Assembly (NCBI GenBank): GCA_040772485.1
Contig: JAXGYC010000008.1
Coordinates: 448,001-512,000, forward strand
Source: Sedimentisphaerales bacterium
Lineage (GTDB): Bacteria; Planctomycetota; Phycisphaerae; Sedimentisphaerales; Anaerobacaceae
Direction of reading: 5' to 3'
Length of the DNA stretch: 64,000 nucleotides
The position numbers and the translations under genes are program-made. Under the pieces are notes generated by a model. That model was not told the origin of the DNA and did not search any database. It was given only the letters and a program-made list of their open reading frames with translations. Below, one piece after another: positions 19,852 through 29,150 of the stretch; within the stretch, counting starts at the first letter, position 1; each line of letters begins with the position of its first letter.

Positions 19852-20598
19852 ATGAACTATCAGTTTGCGTCAGAGAGCGTTTCGCAGCACATCGTCAAGT
19901 ACGGCGTGGACATCCGGCCGGCCATCTCGCCCGAGCAGGACCGCACGAAGCTCCAGGACTACGGCAACTGGCTCGTCGAGCAGTTCCCCGAGGTCTTCGA
20001 GACGCTGCTGTCGGGCCCGCGCGAGCTGCGGGTCCAGCGGACCTTCATCCTGCCCAACACCAAGCGGGTCGAGCTGCCCACGTTCGTGCTGACCCCTCGC
20101 GGTCCGGTCTTCACGTTTCCCGAGCGGCTCTTCATCGACCGGCCGCACGAGCTGAGCATTCCCGACAAGGACAAGATCTTCCGCAGGGCCTTCGACGAAC
20201 TGCGGACGCGATTCGGCGAGCGAACCGTCCCGCGCGTGGGCGTCGTCCACGAGTTCGTCTTCGACACAGGCTACGTCCCCTCGCTCGACGTCGTCGCCAG
20301 CAGCCTCAAGCACGACCTCTGGCGGCAGAAAGCGAAGAACCTCCGCATCTTCATGGAGGCGCCTGCGGAGGGCAAGAACGTGAACATCGAGATCCGCCCG
20401 ACGTATCTCCAACGCGCGGTCCGACGGAACGAAGCGGTACCCGCCGAGGACATGAAGTACGGGATCATCGTCAACGTTGATATCAACAACCAGCAGATTG
20501 CCGCCGACCTGACGAAGGCGGAAGTCAACGACATCCTCGTCTTCGCCAGCGACTACGTCCCGGACGAGCTGATCCGCTTGCTCAACAACGAGTACTGA
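19852..20598 (+). CDS. Hypothetical cytoplasmic protein (possibly TIGR04255-like)
   Basis: GAGGGG RBS, promoter, strong G/C third-position bias; VPRVGVVHEF and GIIVNVDIN loosely recall TIGR04255 motifs. Confidence 0.75.
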   Translation: MNYQFASESVSQHIVKYGVDIRPAISPEQDRTKLQDYGNWLVEQFPEVFETLLSGPRELRVQRTFILPNTKRVELPTFVLTPRGPVFTFPERLFIDRPHELSIPDKDKIFRRAFDELRTRFGERTVPRVGVVHEFVFDTGYVPSLDVVASSLKHDLWRQKAKNLRIFMEAPAEGKNVNIEIRPTYLQRAVRRNEAVPAEDMKYGIIVNVDINNQQIAADLTKAEVNDILVFASDYVPDELIRLLNNEY

Positions 20599-20652
20599 GA
20601 CACCGCTACGCCCGGCTCTCCGCTGCCGGCCCCCAGCGCCTTGCGGCCGCGC

Positions 20653-21783
20653 CTACGTCGGCTGGTGCAGCGTCTGTCGGATGATCTTGGCCCGCAGGGC
20701 ATCGCGATGGGCGGCGTCGAGCGACTTGCCGTAGTTCAGTTGCAGGTGCGCCGGAAGGGTCAGCATGAACAGGCGGTTGATCGTGCGGATGGACAGGCCC
20801 CGGTCGGGGTCGGCCCCTGCGCTCTGATTCTTCAGCGCGCAGAGCCGGTCGATCGCCGGCGTCGAGGCCTGCATGTGCTCCCGCATATTCAATCCAAGCC
20901 GCAGGTGGCTCAGCAGAGACAACGCCTCCTGCGAGCTGATCAGGTTGGCGTTCTGAAGCAGCGCCGTTGCCCGTGCGATCTTGTCGTCGAGGATGTCCAC
21001 CTGTTTGGCCAGCAGTTGTCGGCGCGCGATCTTCTCGTATTCCACCATCTCCGGGATGATCGAGCTCTCGAAATTGGACACGATCGACCGCTCGCTGACG
21101 CCCAGCGTGACCTGGTTGGAGATCTGATACAAATCGCTCGTCGCCTCGCTGCCTTCGCCAAACAGGCCGCGCACCGCCAGGTTCATGTCCTTGGCGGCCG
21201 CGAGGAACTTCTCGATCTGCCCGGTCATCTTCAGCGCGGGCATGTGAAGCATCACGGAGACGCGGATCCCGGTGCCGAGATTCGTCGGGCAGGCGGTCAG
21301 GTAGCCGAAACGCGGGTTGAACGCATAGTCCACGTGCTTCTCGACGTCGTTGTCGATCCGGTCGATCTGCTCGACACACGCGGAGAGCTGGCAGCCGGGC
21401 ATGAGCACCTGGAGGCGCAGGTGATCCTCTTCGTTGATCATGGCGGTGAAGAACTCGCGACGCGCAATGACCACTCCTCGCGGCCCCTTCGCCATCGCGT
21501 GGTGCCGGCTGATCAGGTGACGCTCGACCAGGAAGCTGCGACTCAGCGCCGGCGCCTGGTCCACGCTGAAATAGAAGACCTCATCCCCCAGATCCAGCGA
21601 CATCAGAACGGCTTTGAGCTGCTCGAGGATCTTGGACTTTTCCTCGATCGAGCAACTGTGCAGGAACTTGTGGCCTGCCAGGTTTCGCGCCAGGCGAATC
21701 CGTGACGAGACGACGATGTCCGCCAGCGGGCCGGAACCGCTGAACCAGTCGTTGATGTCGCTGCTGATATCCGTAAGCTTCAT
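20653..21783 (-). CDS. mcsB: Protein arginine kinase McsB
   Basis: SSRIRLARNL, LVERHLIS, MINEEDHLR, GYLTACPTNLGTGIRVSVMLH, YQISNQVTLG. Confidence 0.95.
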   Translation of the reverse strand: MKLTDISSDINDWFSGSGPLADIVVSSRIRLARNLAGHKFLHSCSIEEKSKILEQLKAVLMSLDLGDEVFYFSVDQAPALSRSFLVERHLISRHHAMAKGPRGVVIARREFFTAMINEEDHLRLQVLMPGCQLSACVEQIDRIDNDVEKHVDYAFNPRFGYLTACPTNLGTGIRVSVMLHMPALKMTGQIEKFLAAAKDMNLAVRGLFGEGSEATSDLYQISNQVTLGVSERSIVSNFESSIIPEMVEYEKIARRQLLAKQVDILDDKIARATALLQNANLISSQEALSLLSHLRLGLNMREHMQASTPAIDRLCALKNQSAGADPDRGLSIRTINRLFMLTLPAHLQLNYGKSLDAAHRDALRAKIIRQTLHQPT

Positions 21784-21829
21784 GGCAATCACCCGTGAAC
21801 CCCTGCATCCCAGAGGGTCGAATCTCATG

Positions 21830-22324
21830 CTACTCCTGCTGCTTCATCCGGTCGCGCAGTTCGGCGGCTCGCTCGTAGTCCTCTTCGCGGATGGCCCGCT
21901 CCAGTTCCTGGCGCAGACTTGACAGCTCCACCAGCTTCTTCGTATCGTGCGGCACCTTCGACGGGACCTTGCCGCAATGCGTGGTGCTGCCGTTGTGGGC
22001 ATGCTGGATCAGAGGCAAAAGCGAATGCTGGAAGACCTCGTAATCGTGCGGACAACCGAGGGTTCCCTCCTTCTGAAGGCGGTCGAGCGTGAACCCGCAG
22101 TTGGGACAGGCCGACACCTCGTCGCCCCCGCCCAACAGCTCATCGTCCGAGGGCTGCGAGGCAAGCAGGTTGCTCAGCAGGTCGTTGATCGACATCTGGC
22201 TCTGCGCGGCGATCCCCTGCTCGGCGGCGCACTGCTCGCAGATGTGCATCTCGTGTCGCACGCCCTCGCTGATCTCCGTCAGGTGGATGGTTGCCGTTCG
22301 TTTGTTACAGACCTGGCACTGCAT
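21830..22324 (-). CDS. mcsA: McsA arginine kinase activator (CxxC motifs + UVR domain)
   Basis: CQVC..ATIHLT..CEQCA..CPNCG..LGCPHDY..HCGKVP..EEDYERAAELRD. Confidence 0.93.
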   Translation of the reverse strand: MQCQVCNKRTATIHLTEISEGVRHEMHICEQCAAEQGIAAQSQMSINDLLSNLLASQPSDDELLGGGDEVSACPNCGFTLDRLQKEGTLGCPHDYEVFQHSLLPLIQHAHNGSTTHCGKVPSKVPHDTKKLVELSSLRQELERAIREEDYERAAELRDRMKQQE

Positions 22325-22556
22325 AGGTAGCCGCAAATCCTCTTCTGGTCGCGCGGAAGTCCATCGACGGTCGATCTACGCATCGACCGCAGAACACCGC
22401 GATTTCACCATCCATACTACACCAAAGCCGTCTGTGAGTATATCGTCAATTTCCGCCTCCGAACACAAGCAGGTTGCTCCCTCTCCGGATGGTTATTACG
22501 CTCGGACCGACGCGCCGGTTTCTCTGCCGGGTCGGTCTCATTGGGGGGCGGCGCCG

Positions 22557-23063
22557 TTACTTGTGGCTGCCTCTGAGTTTGCTGAAGCGGCCCTCCAGGC
22601 GCTTGTGTACGCTGGCCGGGATCAGGTTCGACAGGTCGCCGCCCAGCGAGGCGATTTCGCGGATCAGCGTCGAGCTGGTGAATCCGTACTGCTCGCTGGT
22701 CATGATGAAAATCGTCTCGATGCCCGCGACGGCGCGGTTGGTCATGGCCAACTGGAATTCGTATTGCACGTCGGTGAGGCTGCGCAGGCCGCGCAAAATG
22801 ACCGATGCCTGGCGGCGGGTGGCGTATTCCACCGTCAGGCCCTCGAAACTCTCCACCGAGACGCCCGGCAGACCTTCGATCAGTTCGGCGATCATCTCGA
22901 CCCGCTCGGCGGGGGTGAAAAGCTGGTTCTTGATCGGGCTGCGGCCGACCGCGATGATCAACTCGTCAAACAGCTTCATGCCCCGACGGACCACGTCCAT
23001 ATGACCGTTCGTGATCGGATCGAACGAGCCGGGGAAGATCGCCCTGACAAACTTATCGCCCAT
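22557..23063 (-). CDS. coaD: Pantetheine-phosphate adenylyltransferase
   Basis: AIFPGSFDPITNGHMD, LRGLRSLTDVQYE, SSTLIREIA. Confidence 0.96.
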   Translation of the reverse strand: MGDKFVRAIFPGSFDPITNGHMDVVRRGMKLFDELIIAVGRSPIKNQLFTPAERVEMIAELIEGLPGVSVESFEGLTVEYATRRQASVILRGLRSLTDVQYEFQLAMTNRAVAGIETIFIMTSEQYGFTSSTLIREIASLGGDLSNLIPASVHKRLEGRFSKLRGSHK

Positions 23064-23236
23064 AATCATCTTTCCTTAGGGGAACATAAGCCGGCATTAT
23101 ACCCATCCGTCCCAGCCCCGGCAAGCCCCGCCGACCTGCCAAAAATTCCCGCCGCCCAAACGGGAGTTATGCCGGCATGCCGCGCAAATCCGAAATCCGA
23201 ATCCCGAAACACGAAACGACTCCAACGAAAGTCAAA

Positions 23237-23324
23237 GAGCAAGAAGCAAACATCAAAACAGCGGAATCCGCCCTCGGCGGATGACTTCCTCATTCTTGCA
23301 CTTTACGTTTTGATCTTTGCTTTG
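23237..23324. repeat. 88-bp intergenic repeat, copy 2, nested within heptamer-type inverted repeats (~23186-23350)
   Basis: Matches 15868-15955; outer AATCCGAAATCCGAAT / ATTCGGATTTCGAGTT. Confidence 0.85.
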
Positions 23325-23470
23325 CTCGTCGGCATTCGGATTTCGAGTTTGCCGCTAGCGGCGGTGCGTCCGCTGGTTGACCACCGCGAACGGCCCTGCT
23401 ATCCTGCCGGTGGACGCAAACGGAACAACAGGTCGCCCGAGCGCCCCCGCTCGGCGCTGGGAGTCGGGAA

Positions 23471-23755
23471 ATGCTGGTCGGAACGATGACCGCTCAGATG
23501 TACATGCACGGGATCGGCTCGCTCAAAGAGAAGCGAAGCATCGTCAAGAGCGTGATCGGCCGGCTCCAGAGCCGCTTCAACGTCTCCGTCTCCGAGGTCG
23601 ACCACCAGGACAACAAGACCAGCGCCGTCATCGGCATCGCCGTCGTCGGCAACGACTCGCAGTTCATCGGCCAGCAGCTTGACGCGGTCCTCAATTTCAT
23701 GCGAAACGACGCCCGTTTCTACCTCGGCCAAGTCGACCGCGAAATCTTCTCCTGA
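23471..23755 (+). CDS. DUF503 (YlxP-like) protein
   Basis: SLKEKRSIVKS..RFNVSVSEVDHQD. Confidence 0.93.
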   Translation: MLVGTMTAQMYMHGIGSLKEKRSIVKSVIGRLQSRFNVSVSEVDHQDNKTSAVIGIAVVGNDSQFIGQQLDAVLNFMRNDARFYLGQVDREIFS

Positions 23756-23798
23756 CGAGGGTGCAGAGAACGAAGCAAGCGGAGGGAACAAACGAGAC

Positions 23799-25268
23799 AT
23801 GCCCCCAGAGGAACCGTCCATCGTAGATCGCCTGGCCGAGCCCGAAAGCCTCCTGGGCATGCTTCAACGCGGGCGCGGCAAAGGCTACCTTCTCGCTCTG
23901 GAGAAGCCGCCGGAACAAGTCTGGCCACTGCTCCTCAAATGCATCGTTGACGACCCCAGGATGGATGTCGACGTCGAAGATCGGAGCGATTACTACGCCG
24001 CTCTGATAGCGTCCACGGGCATGAACCTTGAGCCCCTGCGCTCTTACATCAAGGACAACGATGGCGTCGGCAGGCGAAGCGCTCTAAGTCAATGGCCCCC
24101 TCTCGAAATCCTGGCCTGTCTCGCCGACAAAAGTGAACAAGCTCTACAGGTTCTTCGGGTTTATGTCTCGCACGGCCAAGAATGGAATTGGGCAATACGC
24201 GTTCTCCATCGCATGAATCTCGCGGGCGCCATGGACGGTATGGGCCGCGTGTTGGGACGGCGCATTTCCCGCGATCGCGCGTTTCGCGCCCGGTTCAGAG
24301 CCAACGTACTTGAAGAATGGGAGTCGTATTGCGGCTTCGATGACGAGCGCCGGGCAAGGTGCACAATGCTGCTGCCGATTTGCGAGCCGTGGAAGACGCT
24401 CTGTCAGAAGGAGCCGCGCCTGGCACAGCTCTTCTGTGACGTAGGAATCGCCTACGATCAGGCGCCGCCTCCGCCGAAGAAGGTGACCGAAGCAGAGGTA
24501 AAGAGCCTGTCACTCGAGGAAATGTTCGCATCGGTCGACGATTCTACCAAGGCTCGGTTTGCCCGATTCCTGCCCGAGATGGTTTCGGCCAACGACGAGG
24601 AGTCCCTCCTCCACCATGCGTCGTCGGAAAACAAGTACCGTATGATGCTCGCGTTCCGCGGCCTCGGGCAGATTGGAACACCCAGAGCGTTTGAGATTCT
24701 CAAATCGTACATCGAGACAGCCAAGGAGGCCGATCGCAGCGTACGGAGATACGCCTATCTTGGCATTGAAGCAATGCCTCCGGGGTTGACCCTTGAGACG
24801 GCGCGAGTCTGGTTCCGGAGCGGGCAGCATCATCTCCACATTCCCGCCAGCGGTATCTTGGAGCAACACGCCACTCTCAACGATGTTCCCATGTTGATCG
24901 AGGCCCTGCGCACCCCGGAAACAGTGCGGTGCGAAGACTTCCGCTTGTCCGGCACTCTGGAGGCGCTGGCCCTGTTCGACGGAATTGGCCCCATCCCCGA
25001 ACTGGAAACCGTCTTTTGTGAAGTAGCCCACTGCTACCAAAGGCATCGCGCTGCCGTGGCGATGGACGTCACCGCCCCGGTTCAGTTCCAACGCGAATAT
25101 GCCTTCGAATGCCTTTGGGACTGCCACTATGAAACGCGAGCGCTCGGCTGCGAGACGGTCAGTCTCAGCGAGCCCGGCGTCCTGGAGCGGCTCAAGGAAC
25201 TGGCGGCGGACGAGGATGAATCCGACGATGTCCGCGAAGCCGCCCAAGCCAGAATCGAAGGTTTCTAA
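23799..25268 (+). CDS. Hypothetical protein, HEAT-repeat-like alpha-helical
   Basis: GGAGG RBS; LLGMLQRGRG N-terminus; C-terminal HEAT-like segments (AFRGLGQIG, VPMLIEAL, DDVREAA). Confidence 0.7.
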   Translation: MPPEEPSIVDRLAEPESLLGMLQRGRGKGYLLALEKPPEQVWPLLLKCIVDDPRMDVDVEDRSDYYAALIASTGMNLEPLRSYIKDNDGVGRRSALSQWPPLEILACLADKSEQALQVLRVYVSHGQEWNWAIRVLHRMNLAGAMDGMGRVLGRRISRDRAFRARFRANVLEEWESYCGFDDERRARCTMLLPICEPWKTLCQKEPRLAQLFCDVGIAYDQAPPPPKKVTEAEVKSLSLEEMFASVDDSTKARFARFLPEMVSANDEESLLHHASSENKYRMMLAFRGLGQIGTPRAFEILKSYIETAKEADRSVRRYAYLGIEAMPPGLTLETARVWFRSGQHHLHIPASGILEQHATLNDVPMLIEALRTPETVRCEDFRLSGTLEALALFDGIGPIPELETVFCEVAHCYQRHRAAVAMDVTAPVQFQREYAFECLWDCHYETRALGCETVSLSEPGVLERLKELAADEDESDDVREAAQARIEGF

Positions 25269-25310
25269 GCCAGCGCAACCCGTGGACATCCGCCGTTTGC
25301 TTGCGAAAGC

Positions 25311-25490
25311 CTACGCCTCTGAATCGTCGGGGAGGACCTGGATGCCTTCGCGGCAGGCGATTTCGATGATAGGGGTTGCGGCATCTTCGATCCACTGGCG
25401 CTGGCCGCAGGGGATCGGCTCGATCCGGCTGTCCGTACGCGCGGCGACACGCCACAGACAATTGACAGCTTCGCGCGAATACGTCTCATC
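25311..25490 (-). pseudogene. 3' half of an interrupted minimal nucleotidyltransferase (MNT) gene
   Basis: DETYSREAVNCLWRVAARTDSRIEPIPCG..IIEIACREG; joins in frame to 28062-28224. Confidence 0.8.
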
Positions 25491-25596
25491 CCGGATTTCC
25501 CAGATGATCCGTTCAATTCTATGTAGCGCCATCCGCGTTCAGGCCGTAGAATAGGGTCGATTCTCACACTCCATCAGTGAATGAGGGGAACACCCT

Positions 25597-26639
25597 ATGG
25601 GTGAGACACGTCAGGAGGCTTTGCGGGTCGGTTTTGACCCTGTGATCAAGTTGGAATTCCATGGGGCACAGGTCAGCTCGGATGCCGGTCTCTTCTCCTT
25701 TCGTGATCTCGACGAGGCGGCTCAATTGACCGAGTCTGGTGCCGCTGAACTATTCGACTTTCGCACCGGCAGCAATATCCGCCATGCGATGACGGCCCTG
25801 CTGCGTCAGTCCATCTACAGCCGCTTGGCCGGATATGAGGACGTGAATGATGCCGAACGGCTGAGGGCCGATCCGGTCATGCGTCACGTCGTCGGAGGGC
25901 GGGCCGTGGATCGGGACGCTGCCTCCACCAGCCAAGTGGCCCGCTTTGAGACCGACGTGCTGTGCCACCCGGACAACCTCGATGCGCTTATGGCCATGTC
26001 CGGTCAATGGGTGGACCGGATTCGCCAGCGCCGACCCACGGACAAGCTGATCCTCGACATGGACAGTTCGGTCAGCCCGACGTACGGCCAGCAGGAAGGC
26101 ACGGCCTACAACGGCCATTTCGGGTGCGCTACCACCCCCTGTTCCTGTTCAACCAAGATGGCGACCGGGAGCGAGCGCTGCTGCGCAGTGGGAATGTCGC
26201 CAGTGCCGACGACTGGATAGCGGTGCTGGAGCCAGTGATTGCCCGCTACCGCAACCTGGGCAGCCCCAAATCCGTGGTCAATTTCTACAACCAGCGTAGG
26301 ACCGCCGAGCCGTGGATCAAAGAAGGCAAATACGCCGTGCGCTGGACCCGCCTGTCCTGTCACAGCTTCGAGGCCAACCAGGTTCGCCTGCAACTGCACG
26401 TCCTGGCCTACAACCTCGGCAACTTCCTCAGGCGATTGGCCCTGCCGCCAGCCGTGAAGCACTGGACTCTCACAACGCTACGAGACAAGCTGGTCAAGAT
26501 CGGCTGCAAGATCGTGTACCACGCTCGATATGTGACGTTCCAGTTGGCGGAAGTCGCGGTGCCGGGTCGCCTGTACCGAGCGATTCTGGATCGGATTCGA
26601 CGGTTCGCCGCTATCTCGCCGAGGGCTGCACCAATATGA
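25597..26639 (+). pseudogene. IS1380-family transposase, frameshifted and internally deleted
   Basis: SSDAGL, AGYEDVNDAERL, LDMDSS..YGQQEG..YNGHFG, frameshift near 26128, YHPLF, then FYNQR..IKEGK..RLSC..NQVRLQL..LAYNL; central part apparently missing near 26258. Confidence 0.88.
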
Positions 26640-26788
26640 CCGGGCGCGGGAGGACACAACCTGACAAAGGGGGAAGGGGCGCCGCTGGGACTGTCACCAA
26701 TCCGGGGACAAACCGCCTATCCGGGCACTCTGAATGCCGGTTTTGTTTCCATTCTCCGTCCGTTGTCAGGCAATCGAGCATTCTGAAC

Positions 26789-26818
26789 TTGCATTCTCCA
26801 GGGGAAAGGTGGCATAAC
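26789..26818 (+). promoter_or_regulatory. Candidate outward-facing promoter inside the IS right end
   Basis: TTGCAT-18 bp-CATAAC with TGn extension, pointing at the passenger gene. Confidence 0.35.
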
Positions 26819-27019
26819 GGTAGGTTAGGAAGTTGGTGTCGTTGTTGGGCAAAGCTCATATGGAAAATGTCGGATGAAAGAAAGACCCGACCAGTTCCGC
26901 CTCGATCCCGCGAAGCCGTGAAGACAGATAGAAGCAGGCACACGCCCCCTGTTGTCCGAAGCGGGTGCGTTGGGCGCGGCAGCCCTTCAGTTTTCAATCG
27001 CCATCAAGGGAGGTGACAT

Positions 27020-27892
27020 ATGAACAGAATCGTCGCTGTGATGTTCGGTTTGGTTTTGGCGGCTCCCTTGGGTGCAGAAGACCAGCACGGCTGCGTCCCT
27101 TTGCGTCCTCTGGAACCGTTTGAAGCCAAGGACCAGCCCACTCCCTGTGTTGTCGGGGACCGGACATGGCACACACCGTGGGGCTATGATAAGCCTGAGA
27201 ACTCCGAGCGCATGTACCCTCTCGTCGTCTTCGGACGTCATAACGAAGCCAGCGAGTTTTTCACGATCGACATACGGAAACGCTATCCGGCCTTCTACGT
27301 GTCCTACATCGAGAGCAGCGAAGAGGCCGGCGCCGCCTTGTCCGACCTCATCGACGTCTGCATGAAGGACCACCATTTTCGCATCGACACGCGACGCATT
27401 TACCTGACAGGATGGTCAGCCGGCGGTTCAGGCTCTTTCAAACTGGTCAGAGGATTTCTCAGCAAGGGCAAGTATTTCGCCGCAATCAACAGAATCGCAG
27501 GACAATCCGAGAGCATTCTCGCAGAACAGGCCGTTGAGAAGACGGCGATCTGGGTGCACATCGGACTCCTTGATACGCCTCTTCGCGTGCAGGTGTCACG
27601 GGACCTGTATGCCCATCTCAAGGATCATCCCAGCAACGCCTCAGCCGTGGAGACGACCGTCAACGACACGATCCGACATGGGGACGTTGACGTAGCCCGC
27701 CATACCAGGATTCTGACAAAGAATGGGGTGGAGATTGTCCGCTATACGGAATACCCCACGGAACCTCATGCGGCCTTGGCAGGTTACTCGGATCCCTACT
27801 TGTACGAATGGCTCTTTGCGCGGGCAATCTGTCCGGAGAAACATCCCTCCGATAGCAAAGAAACCTCGTCAAAAGGATCAGAGGTGAAGTAA
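27020..27892 (+). CDS. Secreted alpha/beta-hydrolase (esterase/peptidase-like), passenger of the IS unit
   Basis: GGAGG RBS, signal peptide, YPLVVF, IDTRRIYLTGWSAGG (GxSxG), YTEYP..H..EWLF. Confidence 0.8.
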   Translation: MNRIVAVMFGLVLAAPLGAEDQHGCVPLRPLEPFEAKDQPTPCVVGDRTWHTPWGYDKPENSERMYPLVVFGRHNEASEFFTIDIRKRYPAFYVSYIESSEEAGAALSDLIDVCMKDHHFRIDTRRIYLTGWSAGGSGSFKLVRGFLSKGKYFAAINRIAGQSESILAEQAVEKTAIWVHIGLLDTPLRVQVSRDLYAHLKDHPSNASAVETTVNDTIRHGDVDVARHTRILTKNGVEIVRYTEYPTEPHAALAGYSDPYLYEWLFARAICPEKHPSDSKETSSKGSEVK

Positions 27893-28061
27893 AGGCTATT
27901 ATTTATCTTTGCAGCGGACGGCTACACCACTCGCCCCAAAATAGCCATCATCATCGATGCCGGAAGACCCCAGAATTACTGCACTGGCTCCCAACGGCGC
28001 ACATTTCGTCCTTAAGGAGTTGTGCATCTTTGCAGTTGCCTTTGTTGACCATTTCTGGGCC

Positions 28062-28224
28062 CATCGAAGGTGGGCGAGACCACCAGCAGATCAATGTCGC
28101 TCCACCAGCCCGGATGACCGGAGGCATGGGAGCCAAAGATCACACCCATGCCCGGCAGGATGCCCTGCCCAGCGATATTCCGCAGATACTGGCGGACAAC
28201 TTCAACAACGGCCGCGTCAACCAT
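28062..28224 (-). pseudogene. 5' half of the interrupted minimal nucleotidyltransferase gene
   Basis: GGAGG RBS; MVDAAVVEVVRQYL..IFGSHASG..WSDIDLLVVSPTFD (GS..DxD motif). Confidence 0.85.
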
Positions 28225-28284
28225 GCCCAAGCCTCCCGAGATCGCGTCCAAGCGCCGTGGCTAACAAGCTGCGCGTCCCACAGA

Positions 28285-29052
28285 TCATTCGTCGGCGAAA
28301 AACAGGCGGCGAGCGGCGGTCAGACCGCACTTCTGGTATTTGTGGTAGGCGCGGGCGGCGCGGTCCGCGATCTGTGCGGCGGATTCCTGCGAGAGCCAGC
28401 CGGCGACGGCCGCATCGAGCGTGTACGCCTCGGGAGCCATGAAGCCCGTGGTCACCAGGATCGAGCGGCACTGAAGCTGCCCCAGACGTGGCTGGAAATA
28501 GGTCTTGCTCTTGCACGCCAGGACGATGGCCTGCCTTAGCCCTGCGTTGGGCTCGCGCTGCGGCTGGGTGACGTTGAAGTCCATCAGGCCGTTGTGCCCG
28601 ACGTAGACGACGAGGTCCGCGGCACCGTGGAGGCCGAGCACATCGGCTCCCTGACGCAGCGTCGCCGCATTTCTCCCGGCGGCCGCGTCCAGGAAATCCC
28701 GGACGGCCTTCTTGATCTCACGGCCCCGATAGGCATCGGCCACAAGATAGGCATCCGACGACGCATGTCTGAAGACGACCCGCTCGAGGATCGTCTCGGT
28801 CGGCTTCTTCTCGGTCGCGACAAGCGTCCAGTTGCTGCTGCGCTTCAGGAACGATTTCGTGCCGTACATCGCGCCCCAGTACAGGTTGTTCGCCGGATCG
28901 TCTCCATTGCCCAGCGCCTTCGGCACGGGCACAATCCCCTGATGCTCGTTGTCGCACAAAGCCACGAAGACATGGATGGTTCGGGCCTTGCCCTGCGCCG
29001 GCACACTGGCGAGAAGCAGCCAGCCAAGCACCACGTACGCCGCGACTCTCAT
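28285..29052 (-). CDS. Secreted hypothetical protein
   Basis: GGAGG RBS, signal peptide; IHVFVALCDNEHQGIVPVP..NLYWGA..YVGHNGLMD..LACKS. Confidence 0.8.
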   Translation of the reverse strand: MRVAAYVVLGWLLLASVPAQGKARTIHVFVALCDNEHQGIVPVPKALGNGDDPANNLYWGAMYGTKSFLKRSSNWTLVATEKKPTETILERVVFRHASSDAYLVADAYRGREIKKAVRDFLDAAAGRNAATLRQGADVLGLHGAADLVVYVGHNGLMDFNVTQPQREPNAGLRQAIVLACKSKTYFQPRLGQLQCRSILVTTGFMAPEAYTLDAAVAGWLSQESAAQIADRAARAYHKYQKCGLTAARRLFFADE

Positions 29053-29150
29053 ATCGGCCTCCGAACAGCTCCCAAGCCCCCATTGGCTGTATCGGCAACT
29101 CGCAGATTCCATCGCCAGCCAATCCTGCTCGTCGCCTCTCGGCAAGCGTT

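Larger units (their letters stand above)
25491..26873 (+). mobile_element. IS1380-family insertion sequence, defective
   Basis: Imperfect terminal IRs (C)CCGGATTTCCCAGATGA and TCATATGGAAAATGTCGG, 13/18 match; IS1380-type transposase inside. Confidence 0.85.

Noticed and set aside
22325..22556. CtsR operator upstream of mcsA
   Set aside because: No GGTCAAA direct repeat found; only a short hairpin CGGTCGAT/ATCGACCG
25486..26880. Target-site duplication flanking the IS1380 element alone
   Set aside because: The flanks (TCAT.. and ATGA..) are not direct repeats; the matching CATC is at 28062 instead
28225..28284. HEPN toxin partner for the nucleotidyltransferase
   Set aside because: Only 60 bp separate it from the upstream gene, and no HEPN-like ORF is seen on either side
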